In this document: one piece after another, positions 40,038 to 52,900 of the stretch | Position numbering within the stretch: position 1 is the first letter of the stretch | How the letters are laid out: the number at the start of each line of letters is the position of its first letter | DNA from: Nemertoderma westbladi | Taxonomy: Eukaryota; Animalia; Xenacoelomorpha | Reading direction: 5' to 3' | Assembly (NCBI GenBank): GCA_032718475.1 | Contig: JAUCBJ010007463.1 | Coordinates: forward strand, 61,025 to 125,024 | Length of the DNA: 64,000 nucleotides | Made by a program: the position numbers and the translations under genes | The notes under the pieces: model-generated | Told to the model about the DNA's origin: nothing | Database searches by the model: none | What the model saw: only the letters and a program-made list of their open reading frames with translations

Positions 40038-42331
40038 TATCTGAGCTATTGTTGATCTACTTGGTCGAAATCCGTTTTGGCTCTTACGCAGTAGTTTCTC
40101 TATGTGAGGCCTAATCCTATATAGAATCATTTTATTGTATATTTTGGCAGCTACCACAAGCAGACAGATCCCACGATAGTTTGTTGGTATGCCGAGGTCT
40201 CCTTTCTTGGGGAGAGGCTTTAGTTGACCTTTAGTCCAAATTGGTGGTGGCTTTTCCCCTTTTAACATCCGGTTGCAAACATTCAATAATGGTCTATTTA
40301 GCACTCCGGTTTTCCATAACTCCGCTGGGATTTCATCTAATCCACTCGCTTTATTATTGGACATGCTTTTAATGCTTCTTTGGAGTTCGGCAGGTGTGAA
40401 GTCCCCTGTTTCTATAGGTAGTGTCTTGTCATATATTTTCCTTGTAGGGCTGACCTCGATGTTTGGTGGCTGCCCAAGCAAGTTGCTGAAGTGATTTTTC
40501 CACTTCCCAACACGTTCTTCAGGACTATCGGCTTTGAGGCGCCCCTTTGCACAACTTTTCCGACCAGATATCTCATTTACAGTTTGCCAGGTAAGTCTTG
40601 ATTGTTGCTGTATGTGAGCAGTTGTAATTGCTTCAGTTTTATCCTGTATGTACTTTTCCTGGCTGATGTTGTAGGCCAATTTAAGATCGTCCTTAGCTTT
40701 CTCAACCTTGTTAATGTTTTCGGTTGTTGGTTGTTCGGTTTTAACTTTGTAGGCTATCTTAAGATCTTCTCTCTTACAAGTAACCTCAGAGTTTTGCCAT
40801 GGCACATACTGTTTTCGTTTAGGTTTCTGGGGGATATGCCTCTTAGCTGATTCCTTGTGGGCTGTTATTATATTCTGGTATATTGAATCGGTGGATTGGT
40901 CTTCATCCATTGACTGAAGTGCTTCAAAGCGGTTTTGAACTTCTACTGTATAAGCATCCTTTACAGCATTGTCAGTTCTGAGTTTCTCCCAGTCATAGTT
41001 GATTTGCTTGCTTGTCCTGGGTTTGCTGGCTCTCAAACTGAGTCTGATCTCTGCAGTCACAATTCTGTGGTCCGAACCAATTAGGTTGAACGAGCTGTAT
41101 GCCTCGCAGTTGATCATGCTATTTCTCCACTTTTTGTTTATAAGGATGTAATCCAGTTGTGCTTTGGTTCCATTAGGGTATTGAAAGGTCCATAGCTTCC
41201 CCTTACTCTTTTCGAATGTGTTGTTTGTTGGTATCAATTCACATTCTTCCATTAGGTCTAATAGTAAGTACCCATTTCTGTTAGAACTGGTGTTATAGGT
41301 GTAACCCTTGATGTCTTCTGGGCCAATTTGCACATTCAGGTCACCAGCAATGACTTTAACATTGTGTTTGGGGATGTCCTTAATAAGTCCAGTCAGTTCT
41401 TCATAAAACTTGACTGCTTGTTCTGGCTCTGATGCATTGGTTGGACTGTAGCAACATATAACTGTTGTCTTGGGATTCCCATCAAATGTTGCGATCATAA
41501 CCCTGGAATTTATAGATTCGATGTTGTTTAGGGTCTTAAGTGCAAATGGGCTTAGCAGAATTCCTACTCCACCAATTGATGCATTGGCCGAGTTTCTTAC
41601 TGCTGAGCTTGTTACTAACGTCCATCCATTTCCAATGTCATTGTACTTCATGGCAGTGTCTTCATGACAAATCCGATGTTCTTGGATGCAGATGATGTCG
41701 ATGTTATATTCCATTGCCAGAGCGACCATGTCACCCTGTTTGCTCTGTGCTTTCAGCGTGCGTGCGTTCATTGTAGCAATCTTTAGTGTCTTTTTACATT
41801 TCAACAGGTTGGTTCTTCTTTCTTCTCTGTCTTCTGTTCCAGTAGCCAATTTATCGACCCCAGCCTGGTGTACCACTGAGGGACGCGGTCCTTGTTGACC
41901 CGGGCGACGACCGAGCCGGTATTTCTCCTGGAGGGTTCTCATACTCATATCTTTCAGTTGCGGGGGTAAACCGCTTGTGGTCGCAACTCCTACAAGCGTC
42001 TTCGCAGTAGGTCGCCGTTGGTTGATTACCTTCCGCCGACCTTGTCAGCATGTCTAGCCGTTGGTTGATTACCTTCCGCCTATCCATGGCCTACAGCCCT
42101 GCTGCCGACTGTAGGGGTCCATTTGTTACACCCTGAACCAAGTGTGCCTCCTGGGTTAGGTTACCTAACACTGGTAGAGGAGCATCCAGTATAGACAGGG
42201 CGGGGCTTGTATCATCTCTAATGCAGATGCGTATCAAGCCTTTGCCTTCAATGGTGCCCTAGGCGCTATAGCCCTCAATGACTTATTTAGTTGACGGGGC
42301 TGAACCAACCCACTCTTGATCAACTAAATAA
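40035..42331 (-). mobile_element. RTE-like non-LTR retrotransposon: 5' UTR, AP endonuclease and N-terminal RT; 3'-truncated
   Basis: ORF from 41948 reads LKIATMNARTL, IICIQEHR, CYSPTN, AGDLN, QLDYIL, SDH (APE), then KASGLDEIPAELWK, PKKGDL...NYRGI, QNGFRPSRST (RT). The frame is open up to the junction with BEL sequence. Confidence 0.93.
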
Positions 42332-42589
42332 TGAATAGGCTATGCTTATCGGGCCTGCCCTACTGGGCTGACAGCTACAGGTAGTACCACATTACTGCCA
42401 TAGTGGTAGCAGGATCTGGGGACCTGACCTGACCTGATTACGTCCTGTGGGCTCTCTCATCTACCTGATATCAGACATACAGGTGCACCGCACACTAAGC
42501 CTTTGTCGGTCCCAGCAAGTTAGCTAGATAACTCGCCATAACCTGCCAATCAGATGACTTGAACAAATGTGTTCACATGTGATCACATT

Positions 42590-45500
42590 GGATGAAATCT
42601 GCTTTTTCTGGTGGCCTGTACTGTAACTAACTTGGCCAGTAAACCCCGTCAGGACCAGGTGGCCACTCTCTTTTCGTACTGCCACCCAGATTTTTTAAAC
42701 CGAATCCAATACACCATGGGGATTCCCCGGGACACAGACAAAACAATGGATGAAATCCTAAGTGAAATCCGTGCGCATCTGAGGGAAGAACAAAATCTTA
42801 CCGTTGACAGGTACGAGCTGGTTCGCCAAAAACAGCAAGAAGGGCAGGATTTCGAAGAATTCTATATCCGCCTTCGTGAGTTAGCGGATGATGCCATGGT
42901 AGAGTGACAATAGACGATTGGATAATGCCCTTCTTGTATGTGGCCTCAGAGACAATGAAACCCGGCGGGAAATATTCAGTAAAAAACCTGCCCTATCCCT
43001 CACTGAAACCATGGACTTCTGTCGCAACCGCGAACTTGCCACCAAGAAAGGACAGTGGCTCAAACATGAGGTTAAAGCTGTGCAACAATATTCCCATGGT
43101 GGACAACAACGCGGGCGCTCTAAAAGTCGCTACAGACAACACAAGGAAGGGAAAAATTATAGCAGAAACCCTTCAAACTCCCAAAACCGGAAACCGGTGC
43201 CGAAAGATAAAGGTATGTGTTATCGGTGCGGTGGCCATTGGCCACATGACAACCAAAACCCCTGCCTAGCCGAAGGTATAAAATGTCTTAACTGTGGCAA
43301 GAAAGGGCATCTAAGTAAATGCTGCCAATCAAACAAGGTGAAACCCAAAGTTTATGGCGCCATAATGATTTCTGAAATTGGAGATAATAAAATGCATAAT
43401 AAACCTTTTTTTCAAATAAAATTCCTGGGGAATAAAGTTTGCATCGCCGACACCGGTGCGCAAGTAACAGCTGCCGGTATAGCAGTTCTACACGACTGGC
43501 GACTTACACAACATGACCTTGAGGATCCAGACGCTCCACTGTCAGCCGCCAATGGCAAACCTATCCAGTGTATAGATCGACTTAAACTCAAACAAACACT
43601 GGGGAATAATGAATTTACTGACTGGGTTTATATATGCCCTGGAATCAACTACGGTGAAATATATTTATCTCTTCCTTCATGCAAAGGCCTGGGTATTGTA
43701 CATGAACGATTTCCCACGCCAGTCCACTAACTCAGTGGGATTGAGCCTTCATCTGAGCGAGAGGTGGATGATAATACCTCAAGGAAAGGGATAAACTCCG
43801 AGAAGGAAAAATAAAAACTTCTCAGCGAGTTTGCCGATGTATTCTTTAGTGAGGGTGAGCGGTTGAAAACCATGACCGGCCCATCTATGGAGATTAAGCT
43901 GGTCGACAGCCGTTCAAATTATACACCCACCATTCAATTCCATATGCTTATCGCGATAAAGCGAAGGAAGCTATTGACGGAATGCTTGCCAATGGTATAA
44001 TTGAACATATCGGCGATCGATCGACCGACTGGGTTCACCCAATGGTTATATGCCCCAAGCCAAACCGCCCTGGCAAAATCCGTGTAACCATTGACCTAAC
44101 TAAACTGAACCACCAAGTAAAGCGACCAGTCCACAATAGCCGCTCACCTTGGGATATAATTTCCAAAAGAAACCCGAACTCCAACCTGTTTACATCTTTG
44201 GATGCCAAATCTGGCTACTGGCAGATTGAGTTGGCTGAGTCGAGCCGAGATCTCACAAAATTTATAACACCGTGGGGGTGTTTTCGGTATTGTAGAGCCC
44301 CCATGGGCCTAATAAGTACTGGAGATTCATACAACTACCGTGGGGACATGGCGTTACTGGGACTAGAAAATGTGCACAAAATTGTGGATGATATCCTCAT
44401 AGAAAGCAGTGATATCAACCAGCACATATCCCATGTTCAGGCCGTCCTGCAACGTTGTCGAGAAAACTCCATTACACTTCACCCTGACAAATAGAAAAAG
44501 TTCGGGGGATACAGGAGTATGATACTCCTCAAAATATAACTGATCTCTGAAGCTTCATGGGCTTGACAAATCAGCTTGGTTACTTCTCGGGGGATGTAAG
44601 TGCAGCAGCATTTCCCCTCCGTGAACTACTCAGGACTCGAAATGAGTTCGTATGGACTCCCGACCATGATGATGCGTTCCGAAAGGTCAAGCAGACGCTG
44701 CTTCGACCACCCATCCTTGCTCCGTTTGACCCCAAGTGTGAGACATGCCTTGAAACAGACGACAGCCGATTGAATGGCTTGGGCTATGATCTGTTGCAAC
44801 GGCATGGGGAGGAGTTTAAACTGGTGGCTTGCGGCAGTCGTTTCCTCACAGACTGTGAGACAAGGTGGGCGACCATCAAATTAGAATGTGCTGCCATAAA
44901 ATATGGATTGAATAAATGTCGTCTGTACTTGGCGGGACTTCCGACTTTTACAGTCGTGACTGATCACCAACCATTGGTTCGCATATTCAATGTCTATACG
45001 CTAGATCAAGTCGAGAACTCAAAGATCCAGCGAATAAAGAGTGATTTACAATCCCGATATCAGTTCCATTTGGAGTGGATACCAGGGAAGTCCCATAGGA
45101 TAGCTGATGGACTGAGCAGGAAACCCGTAGACAACCCAGACTCTCAGGAAAAATATGAATCTGAGACTACTCACATGCTCACTTCAATAATTGCCGAACT
45201 AGGTGATGTCTCAGAGGAAAAAACTCAAGAACTCAATGCCAATATGGATGACCCATTTATAAGGGAACTCAGGGAAGTGGCACTTGCTGATTCCGAATAC
45301 CAGGAGTTGCTTCGGAGATTGCTCCAGAGATTGTTGGTGGCTTTGCATCGATCAAAAAGGCGTCGCAATCAGTTCAGGAATACAAATCAATAAGAAATTC
45401 ATTATCAGTTTACAGAGACCTCGCTATGTACAATGACAGACTGGTTATCCCAAAGGGGTCTCGGAGAAATGTTCTTTTACGACTGCACGCACCCCACTCT

Positions 45501-46562
45501 GGAATTACGCGAACAAAACAGCGTGCCCATCAAACTGTCTACTGGCCTGGAATTGGCCATGAAATTGAGCAAATGACTCGTGAGTGCAACGCCTGTCAAG
45601 AACGGTTGCCAAGTCTTCCCAAAGAAACTTTAAAACCAGATGACTTACCAGAATGTCCCTTCCAATGCGCTTCTGCCGACTTATTTGAAGTACGTAGTCG
45701 GCACTTTCTAGCCTATACAGACCGCTTTTCTGGGTATCCATGTGTAAATGAATGGGCTAGAGACCCTTCATCCAAACAAGTCACTGCCGCTTTGCTGCGG
45801 CATTTCTTAGACCTCGGCGTCCCCAATAGACTGTGTACGGATGGAGGACTCCAATTCGACTCGCATTATTCTAGACCATTTTACAACCACTGGGGAGTAA
45901 ACTGGGAGCCAAGTACGCCCCATTACCCCACCAGCAATGGCCACGCAGAGGCATCAGTTAAACGATTAAAGGCTCTGCTTATTAAATGTAAACAACCAGA
46001 CATAAATTCTGAGGAATTTAACGAAGGCTTGATGGAAATCCGAAATTCACCAAGAGCAAATAACATTTCTCCAAGTGAAATCGTTTTTGGGCGTCTCCTC
46101 CGTACGCGACTTCCTGCTCACCATTCTAAATACTCACAAGTGTGGAAAGATAAAGCTGATTTGACCGATCAAGCGGCTGCAAACATTCGTCAGAAAGTGG
46201 AGCAATATTACAACCAATCAGCACACGACCTTCCACCCCTCAATATCAGAGCAGAAACGAGGATTCAAGACCCAAAATCAAAGCGCTGGACTCATATTGG
46301 AGCTGTAGTCGGGGTAGGAAGAAATCGTGACTACAAGGTGAAGTTGCCTTCTGGGCGCACGTGGTGGCGGAATCGCCACTTTCTACGGACATATCACGCC
46401 GCTACTGACACAGAACCCAACAAGTCTGGTTCAGAAAGCAACAAGTGTAATCACGGGACTGAAAACTTTGAAACTGAAATTAATTCAGCTCTTCCTAGAC
46501 ATAGCGATCGCCTCAGGAAGAAACACGTTAAATTCTCAAACTTTATCACTTTATCGGAGTAA
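42590..46562 (+). mobile_element. Decayed Ty3/Gypsy (Mag-like) gag-pol, lacking a 5' LTR
   Basis: Gag knuckles CYRCGGHWPH and CLNCGKKGHLSKCC, protease IADTGAQVT, RT LDAKSGYWQI/RAPMGL/IVDDIL, RNase H ETDDS...TDHQPL...ADGLSR, integrase HAPH..CNAC/ADLF/TDGG/NGHAE. Several stops, frameshifts and deletions. Confidence 0.93.
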
Positions 46563-46633
46563 CAAACTCAACATACTTAAAAGTAACTTTTGAAGTAATA
46601 AAAAGTAACTTTTGAAGTAATAAAAAGGGGAGT

Positions 46634-46851
46634 TGTGATGGCCTGGATATATGGGAGTAGGCCTACTGAACGGATAGATACAGGTTACCGGTATCAGACT
46701 AAGATGGTGATGGGGAAAGTGGTTGGCCCTGGAGGCCTAAAGGCTAATACTGCTGTACTGTGGTAATTGACACCCATACGTATATAATATATAATAAATA
46801 TATATTAGTTGACTTTATTATTTATATGGCCGCACACACAAGTTCATAACA
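46634..46851 (+). mobile_element. 3' LTR of the Gypsy element (~218 bp)
   Basis: Follows the PPT AAAAAGGGGAG. Termini TGTGATG...CATAACA are inverted, and there is an internal TATA-rich stretch and AATAAA. Confidence 0.8.
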
Positions 46852-46929
46852 CCTTATTTATTATAAAACCATCTGAAATATCCATAAATGTCGCTTCATA
46901 ACGAGTAAGGCAACGATTTTAAACATTTC

Positions 46930-49900
46930 TTCGCGATTTTTGCGATCTTCGCAAACGTCGCAATTATTTCAATATTTTGTGTTTAACAATACTATAGATG
47001 GAGCTTCGCAAATGTCGCGATCCTTGCGAAATATTTTGTGTTTACCAATACTATAGATGGAGCTTCGCAAACGTTGCGATTAATGCGATATTTTGTGTTT
47101 AACAATACTATAGATGGAGCTTCGCAAATGTCGCGATCTTCGCGAAATATTTTGTGTTTACCAATACTATAGATGGAGCCTCGCAAATGTCGCGATCTTT
47201 GCGAAATATTTTGTGTTTACCAATACTATAGGTGGAGCTTCGCAAACGTTGCGATTATTGCAATATTTTGTGTTTAACAATACTATAGATGGAGCTTTGC
47301 AAATGTCACGATCTTCGTGAAATATTTTTTGTTTACCAATACTAGATATGGAGCTTCGCAAACGTCGCGATTATTGCGATATTTTTTGTTTAATAATACT
47401 ATAGATGGAGCTTCGCAAATGTCACGATCTTCGCAAAATATTTTATGATTACCAATACTATAGATGGAGTTTCGCAAATGTCGCGATCTTTGTGAAATAT
47501 TTTGTGTTTACCAATACTATAGGTGGAGCTTCGCAAACGTCGTGATCTTCGTGACATATTTTGTGTTTACCAATACTATAGGCAGAGCATCGCAAACGTC
47601 GTGATCTTCACGATATTTTGTGTTTACCAATACTATAGGTGAGCTTCGCAAACGTTGCGATCTTCACGATATTTTGTATTTACCAATACTAAAGGTGGAG
47701 TTTCACAAACGTCGTGATCTTTGCGATATTTTGTGTTTACCAATACTATAGTTGGAGCTTCGCAAATGTCGCGAGCTTCGTGAAATATTTTTTGTTTACC
47801 AATACTATATATGGAGCTTCGCAAACGTCGCGATCTTAGCGGAATATTTTGTGTTTACCAATACTATAGATGGAGCCTCGCAAATGTCGCGATCTTCACC
47901 ATATTTTGTGTTTACCAATACTATAGGTGGAGCTTCGCAAACGTCGCGATCTTCGCAATATTTTGTGTTTACCAATACTATAGTTGGAGCTTCGCAAATG
48001 TTGCGATCTTTGCGAAATATTTTGTGTTTACCAATACTATAGGTGGAGCTTTGCAAATGTCGCGATCTTCACGATATTTTGTGTTTACCAATACTATAGG
48101 TGGAGCTTCGCAAACGTTGCAATCTTCACCATATTTTGTGTTTACCAATACTATAGGTGGAGCTTCGCAAACGTTGCAATCTTCACCATATTTTGTGTTT
48201 ACCAATACTATAGGTGGAGCTTCGCAAACGTCGCGATCTTCGCGATATTTTGTGTTTACCAATACTATAGGTGGAACTTCGCAAACGTCGCGATATTCGC
48301 AATATTTTGTGTTTACCAATACTATAGATGGAGCTTCGCAAATGTCGTGATCTTCGCGATATTTTGTGTTTACCAATACTATAGGTGGAGCTTTGCAAAC
48401 GTCGTGATCTTCGCGATATTTTGTGTTTACCAATACTATAGGTGGAGCTTCGCAAATGTCGTGATCTTTGCGAAATATTTTGTGTTTACCAATACTATAG
48501 ATGGAGTTTCGCAAATGGTGCGATCGTCACGAAATATTTTGTGTTTACCAATACTATAGATGGAGCTTCGCAAATGTTAAGATCTTCGCAAAATAATTTG
48601 TGTTTACCAATACTATAGATAGAGCTTCGCAAATGTCGCAATCTTCGCGAAATATTTTGTGTTTACCAATACTATAGGTGGAGCTTTGCAAACGTCTCGA
48701 TCTTCGCAAAATATTTTGTGTTTACCAATACTTTAGGTGGAGCTTCGCAAACGTCATGATCTTCGTGACATATTTTGTGTTTACCAATACTATAGGTGGA
48801 GCTTTGCAAACGTCTCGATCTTCGCGAAATATTTTGTGTTTACCAATACTATAGAGGGAGCTTTGCAAACATTGCGATTATTGCGATATTTTGTGTTTAC
48901 CAATACTATAGATAGAGCTTCGCAAATGTCGCAATCTTCGCGAAATATTTTGTGTTTACCAATACTATAGGTGGAGCTTTGCAAACATCTCGATCTTCGC
49001 AAAATATTTTGTGTTTACCAATACTTTAGGTGGAGCTTCGCAAACGTCATGATCTTCGTGACATATTTTGTGTTTACCAATACTATAGGTGGAGCTTTGC
49101 AAACGTCTCGATCTTCGCGAAATATTTTGTGTTTACCAATACTATAGATAGAGCTTCGCAAATGTCGCAATCTTCGCGAAATATTTTGTGTTTACCAATA
49201 CTATAGATGGAGCTTCGCAAATGTCGTGATCTTTGCGAAATATTTTGTGTTTACCAATAATATACATGGAGTTTTGCAAATGTCGCAATCGTCGCGAAAT
49301 ATTTTGTGTTTACCAATAATATACATGGAGTTTTGCAAATGTTGCAATCGTCGTGAAATATTTTGTGTTTACCAATAATATACATGGAGTTTTGCAAATG
49401 TTGCAATCGTCGCGAAATATTTTGTGTTTACCAATACTATAGGTGGAGCTTCGCAAACGTCGCGATCTTCGCGAAATATTTTGTGTTTACCAATACTATA
49501 GATAGAGCTTCGCAAATGTCGCAATCTTCGCGAAATATTTTGTGTTTACCAATACTATAGGTGGAGCTTTGCAAACGTCTCGATCTTCGCAAAATATTTT
49601 GTGTTTACCAATACTTTAGGTGGAGCTTCGCAAACATCATGATCTTCGTGACATATTTTGTGTTTACCAATACTATATATAGGTGGAGCTTCGCAAATGT
49701 CGTGATCTTTGCAAAATATTTTGTGTTTACCAATACTATAGATGGAGCTTTTCAAATGTCGCGATCCTTGCGAAATATTTTGTGTTTACCAATACTATAG
49801 GTGGAGCTTTGCAAACGTCTCGATCTTCGCGAAATATTTTGTGTTTACCAATACTATAGATAGAGCTTCGCAAATGTCACGATCTTCGCAAAATATTTTA

Positions 49901-52900
49901 TGATTACCAATACTATAGATGGAGTTTCGCAAATGTCGCGATCTTTGTGAAATATTTTGTGTTTACCAATACTATAGGTGGAGCTTCGCAAACGTCGTGA
50001 TCTTCGTGACATATTTTGTGTTTACCAATACTATAGGCAGAGCATCGCAAACGTCGTGATCTTCGCGATATTTTGTGTTTACCAATACTATAGGTGAGCT
50101 TCGCAAACGTTGCGATCTTCACGATATTTTGTGTTTACCAATACTAAAGGTGGAGTTTCACAAACGTCGTGATCTTTGCGATATTTTGTGTTTACCAATA
50201 CTATAGTTGGAGCTTCGCAAATGTCGCGATCTTCATGAAATATTTTTTGTTTACCAATACTATATATGGAGCTTCGCAAACGTCGCGATCTTAGCGGAAT
50301 ATTTTGTGTTTACCAATACTATAGATGGAGCCTCGCAAATGTCGCGATCTTCACCATATTTTGTGTTTACCAATACTATAGGTGGAGCTTCGCAAACGTT
50401 GCGATCTTCGCAATATTTTGTGTTTACCAATACTATAGTTGGAGCTTCGCAAATGTTGCGATCTTTGCGAAATATTTTGTGTTTACCAATACTATAGGTG
50501 GAGCTTTGCAAATGTCGCGATCTTCACGATATTTTGTGTTTACCAATACTATAGGTGGAGCTTCGCAAACGTTGCAATCTTCACCATATTTTGTGTTTAC
50601 CAATACTATAGGTGGAGCTTCGCAAACGTCGCGATCTTCGCGATATTTTGTGTTTACCAATACTATAGGTGGAGCTTCGCAAACGTCGCGATATTCGCAA
50701 TATTTTGTGTTTACCAATACTATAGATGGAGCTTCGCAAATGTCGTGATCTTCGCGATATTTTGTGTTTACCAATACTATAGGTGGAGCTTTGCAAACGT
50801 CGTGATCTTCGCGATATTTTGTGTTTACCAATACTATAGGTGGAGCTTCGCAAATGTCGTGATCTTTGCGAAATATTTTGTGTTTACCAATACTATAGAT
50901 GGAGTTTCGCAAATGGTGCGATCGTCACGAAATATTTTGTGTTTACCAATACTATAGATGGAGCTTCGCAAATGTTAAGATCTTCGCAAAATAATTTGTG
51001 TTTACCAATACTATAGATAGAGCTTCGCAAATGTCGCAATCTTCGCGAAATATTTTGTGTTTACCAATACTATAGGTGGAGCTTTGCAAACGTCTCGATC
51101 TTCGCAAAATATTTTGTGTTTACCAATACTTTAGGTGGAGCTTCGCAAACATCATGATCTTCGTGACATATTTTGTGTTTACCAATACTATAGGTGGAGC
51201 TTTGCAAACGTCTCGATCTTCGCGAAATATTTTGTGTTTACCAATACTATAGAGGGAGCTTTGCAAACATTGCGATTATTGCGATATTTTGTGTTTACCA
51301 ATACTATAGATAGAGCTTCGCAAATGTCGCAATCTTCGCGAAATATTTTGTGTTTACCAATACTATAGGTGGAGCTTTGCAAACGTCTCGATCTTCGCAA
51401 AATATTTTGTGTTTACCAATACTTTAGGTGGAGCTTCGCAAACGTCATGATCTTTGTGACATATTTTGTGTTTACCAATACTATAGGTGGAGCTTTGCAA
51501 ACGTCTCGATCTTCGCGAAATATTTTGTGTTTACCAATACTATAGATAGAGCTTCGCAAATGTCGCAATCTTCGCGAAATATTTTGTGTTTACCAATACT
51601 ATAGATGGAGCTTCGCAAATGTCGTGATCTTTGCGAAATATTTTGTGTTTACCAATAATATACATGGAGTTTTGCAAATGTCGCAATCGTCGCGAAATAT
51701 TTTGTGTTTACCAATAATATACATGGAGTTTTGCAAATGTTGCAATCGTCGTGAAATATTTTGTGTTTACCAATAATATACATGGAGTTTTGCAAATGTT
51801 GCAATCGTCGCGAAATATTTTGTGTTTACCAATACAATAGGTGGAGCTTCGCAAACGTCGCGATCTTCGCGAAATATTTTGTGTTTACCAATACTATAGA
51901 TAGAGCTTCGCAAATGTCGCAATCTTCGCGAAATATTTTGTGTTTACCAATACTATAGGTGGAGCTTTGCAAACGTCTCGATCTTCGCAAAATATTTTGT
52001 GTTTACCAATACTTTAGGTGGAGCTTCGCAAACGTCATGATCTTCGTGACATATTTTGTGTTTACCAATACTATTGGTGGAGCTTTGCAAACGTCTCGAT
52101 CTTCGCGAAATATTTTGTGTTTACCAATACTATAGATGGAGCTTTTCAAATGTCGCTATCCTTGCGAAATATTTTGTGTTTACCAATACTATAGGTGGAG
52201 CTTTGCAAACGTCTCGATCTTCGCGAAATATTTTGTGTTTACCAATACTATAGATAGAGCTTCGCAAATGTCACGATCTTCGCAAAATATTTTATGATTA
52301 CCAATACTATAGATGGAGTTTCGCAAATGTCGCGATCTTTGTGAAATATTTTGTGTTTACCAATACTATAGGTGGAGCTTCGCAAACGTCGTGATCTTCG
52401 TGACATATTTTGTGTTTACCAATACTATAGGCAGAGCATCGCAAACGTCGTGATCATCGCGATATTTTGTGTTTACCAATACTATAGGTGAGCTTCGCAA
52501 ACGTTGCGATCTTCACGATATTTTGTGTTTACCAATACTAAAGGTGGAGTTTCACAAACGTCGTGATCTTTGTGATATTTTGTGTTTACCAATACTATAG
52601 TTGGAGCTTCGCAAATGTCGCGATCTTCATGAAATATTTTTTGTTTACCAATACTATATATGGAGCTTTGCAAACGTCTCGATCTTCGCGAAATATTTTG
52701 TGTTTACCAATACTATAGAGGGAGCTTTGCAAACATTGCGATTATTGCGATATTTTGTGTTTACCAATACTATAGATAGAGCTTCGCAAATGTCGCAATC
52801 TTCGCGAAATATTTTGTGTTTACCAATACTATAGGTGGAGCTTTGCAAACGTCTCGATCTTCGCAAAATATTTTGTGTTTACCAATACTTTAGGTGGAGC

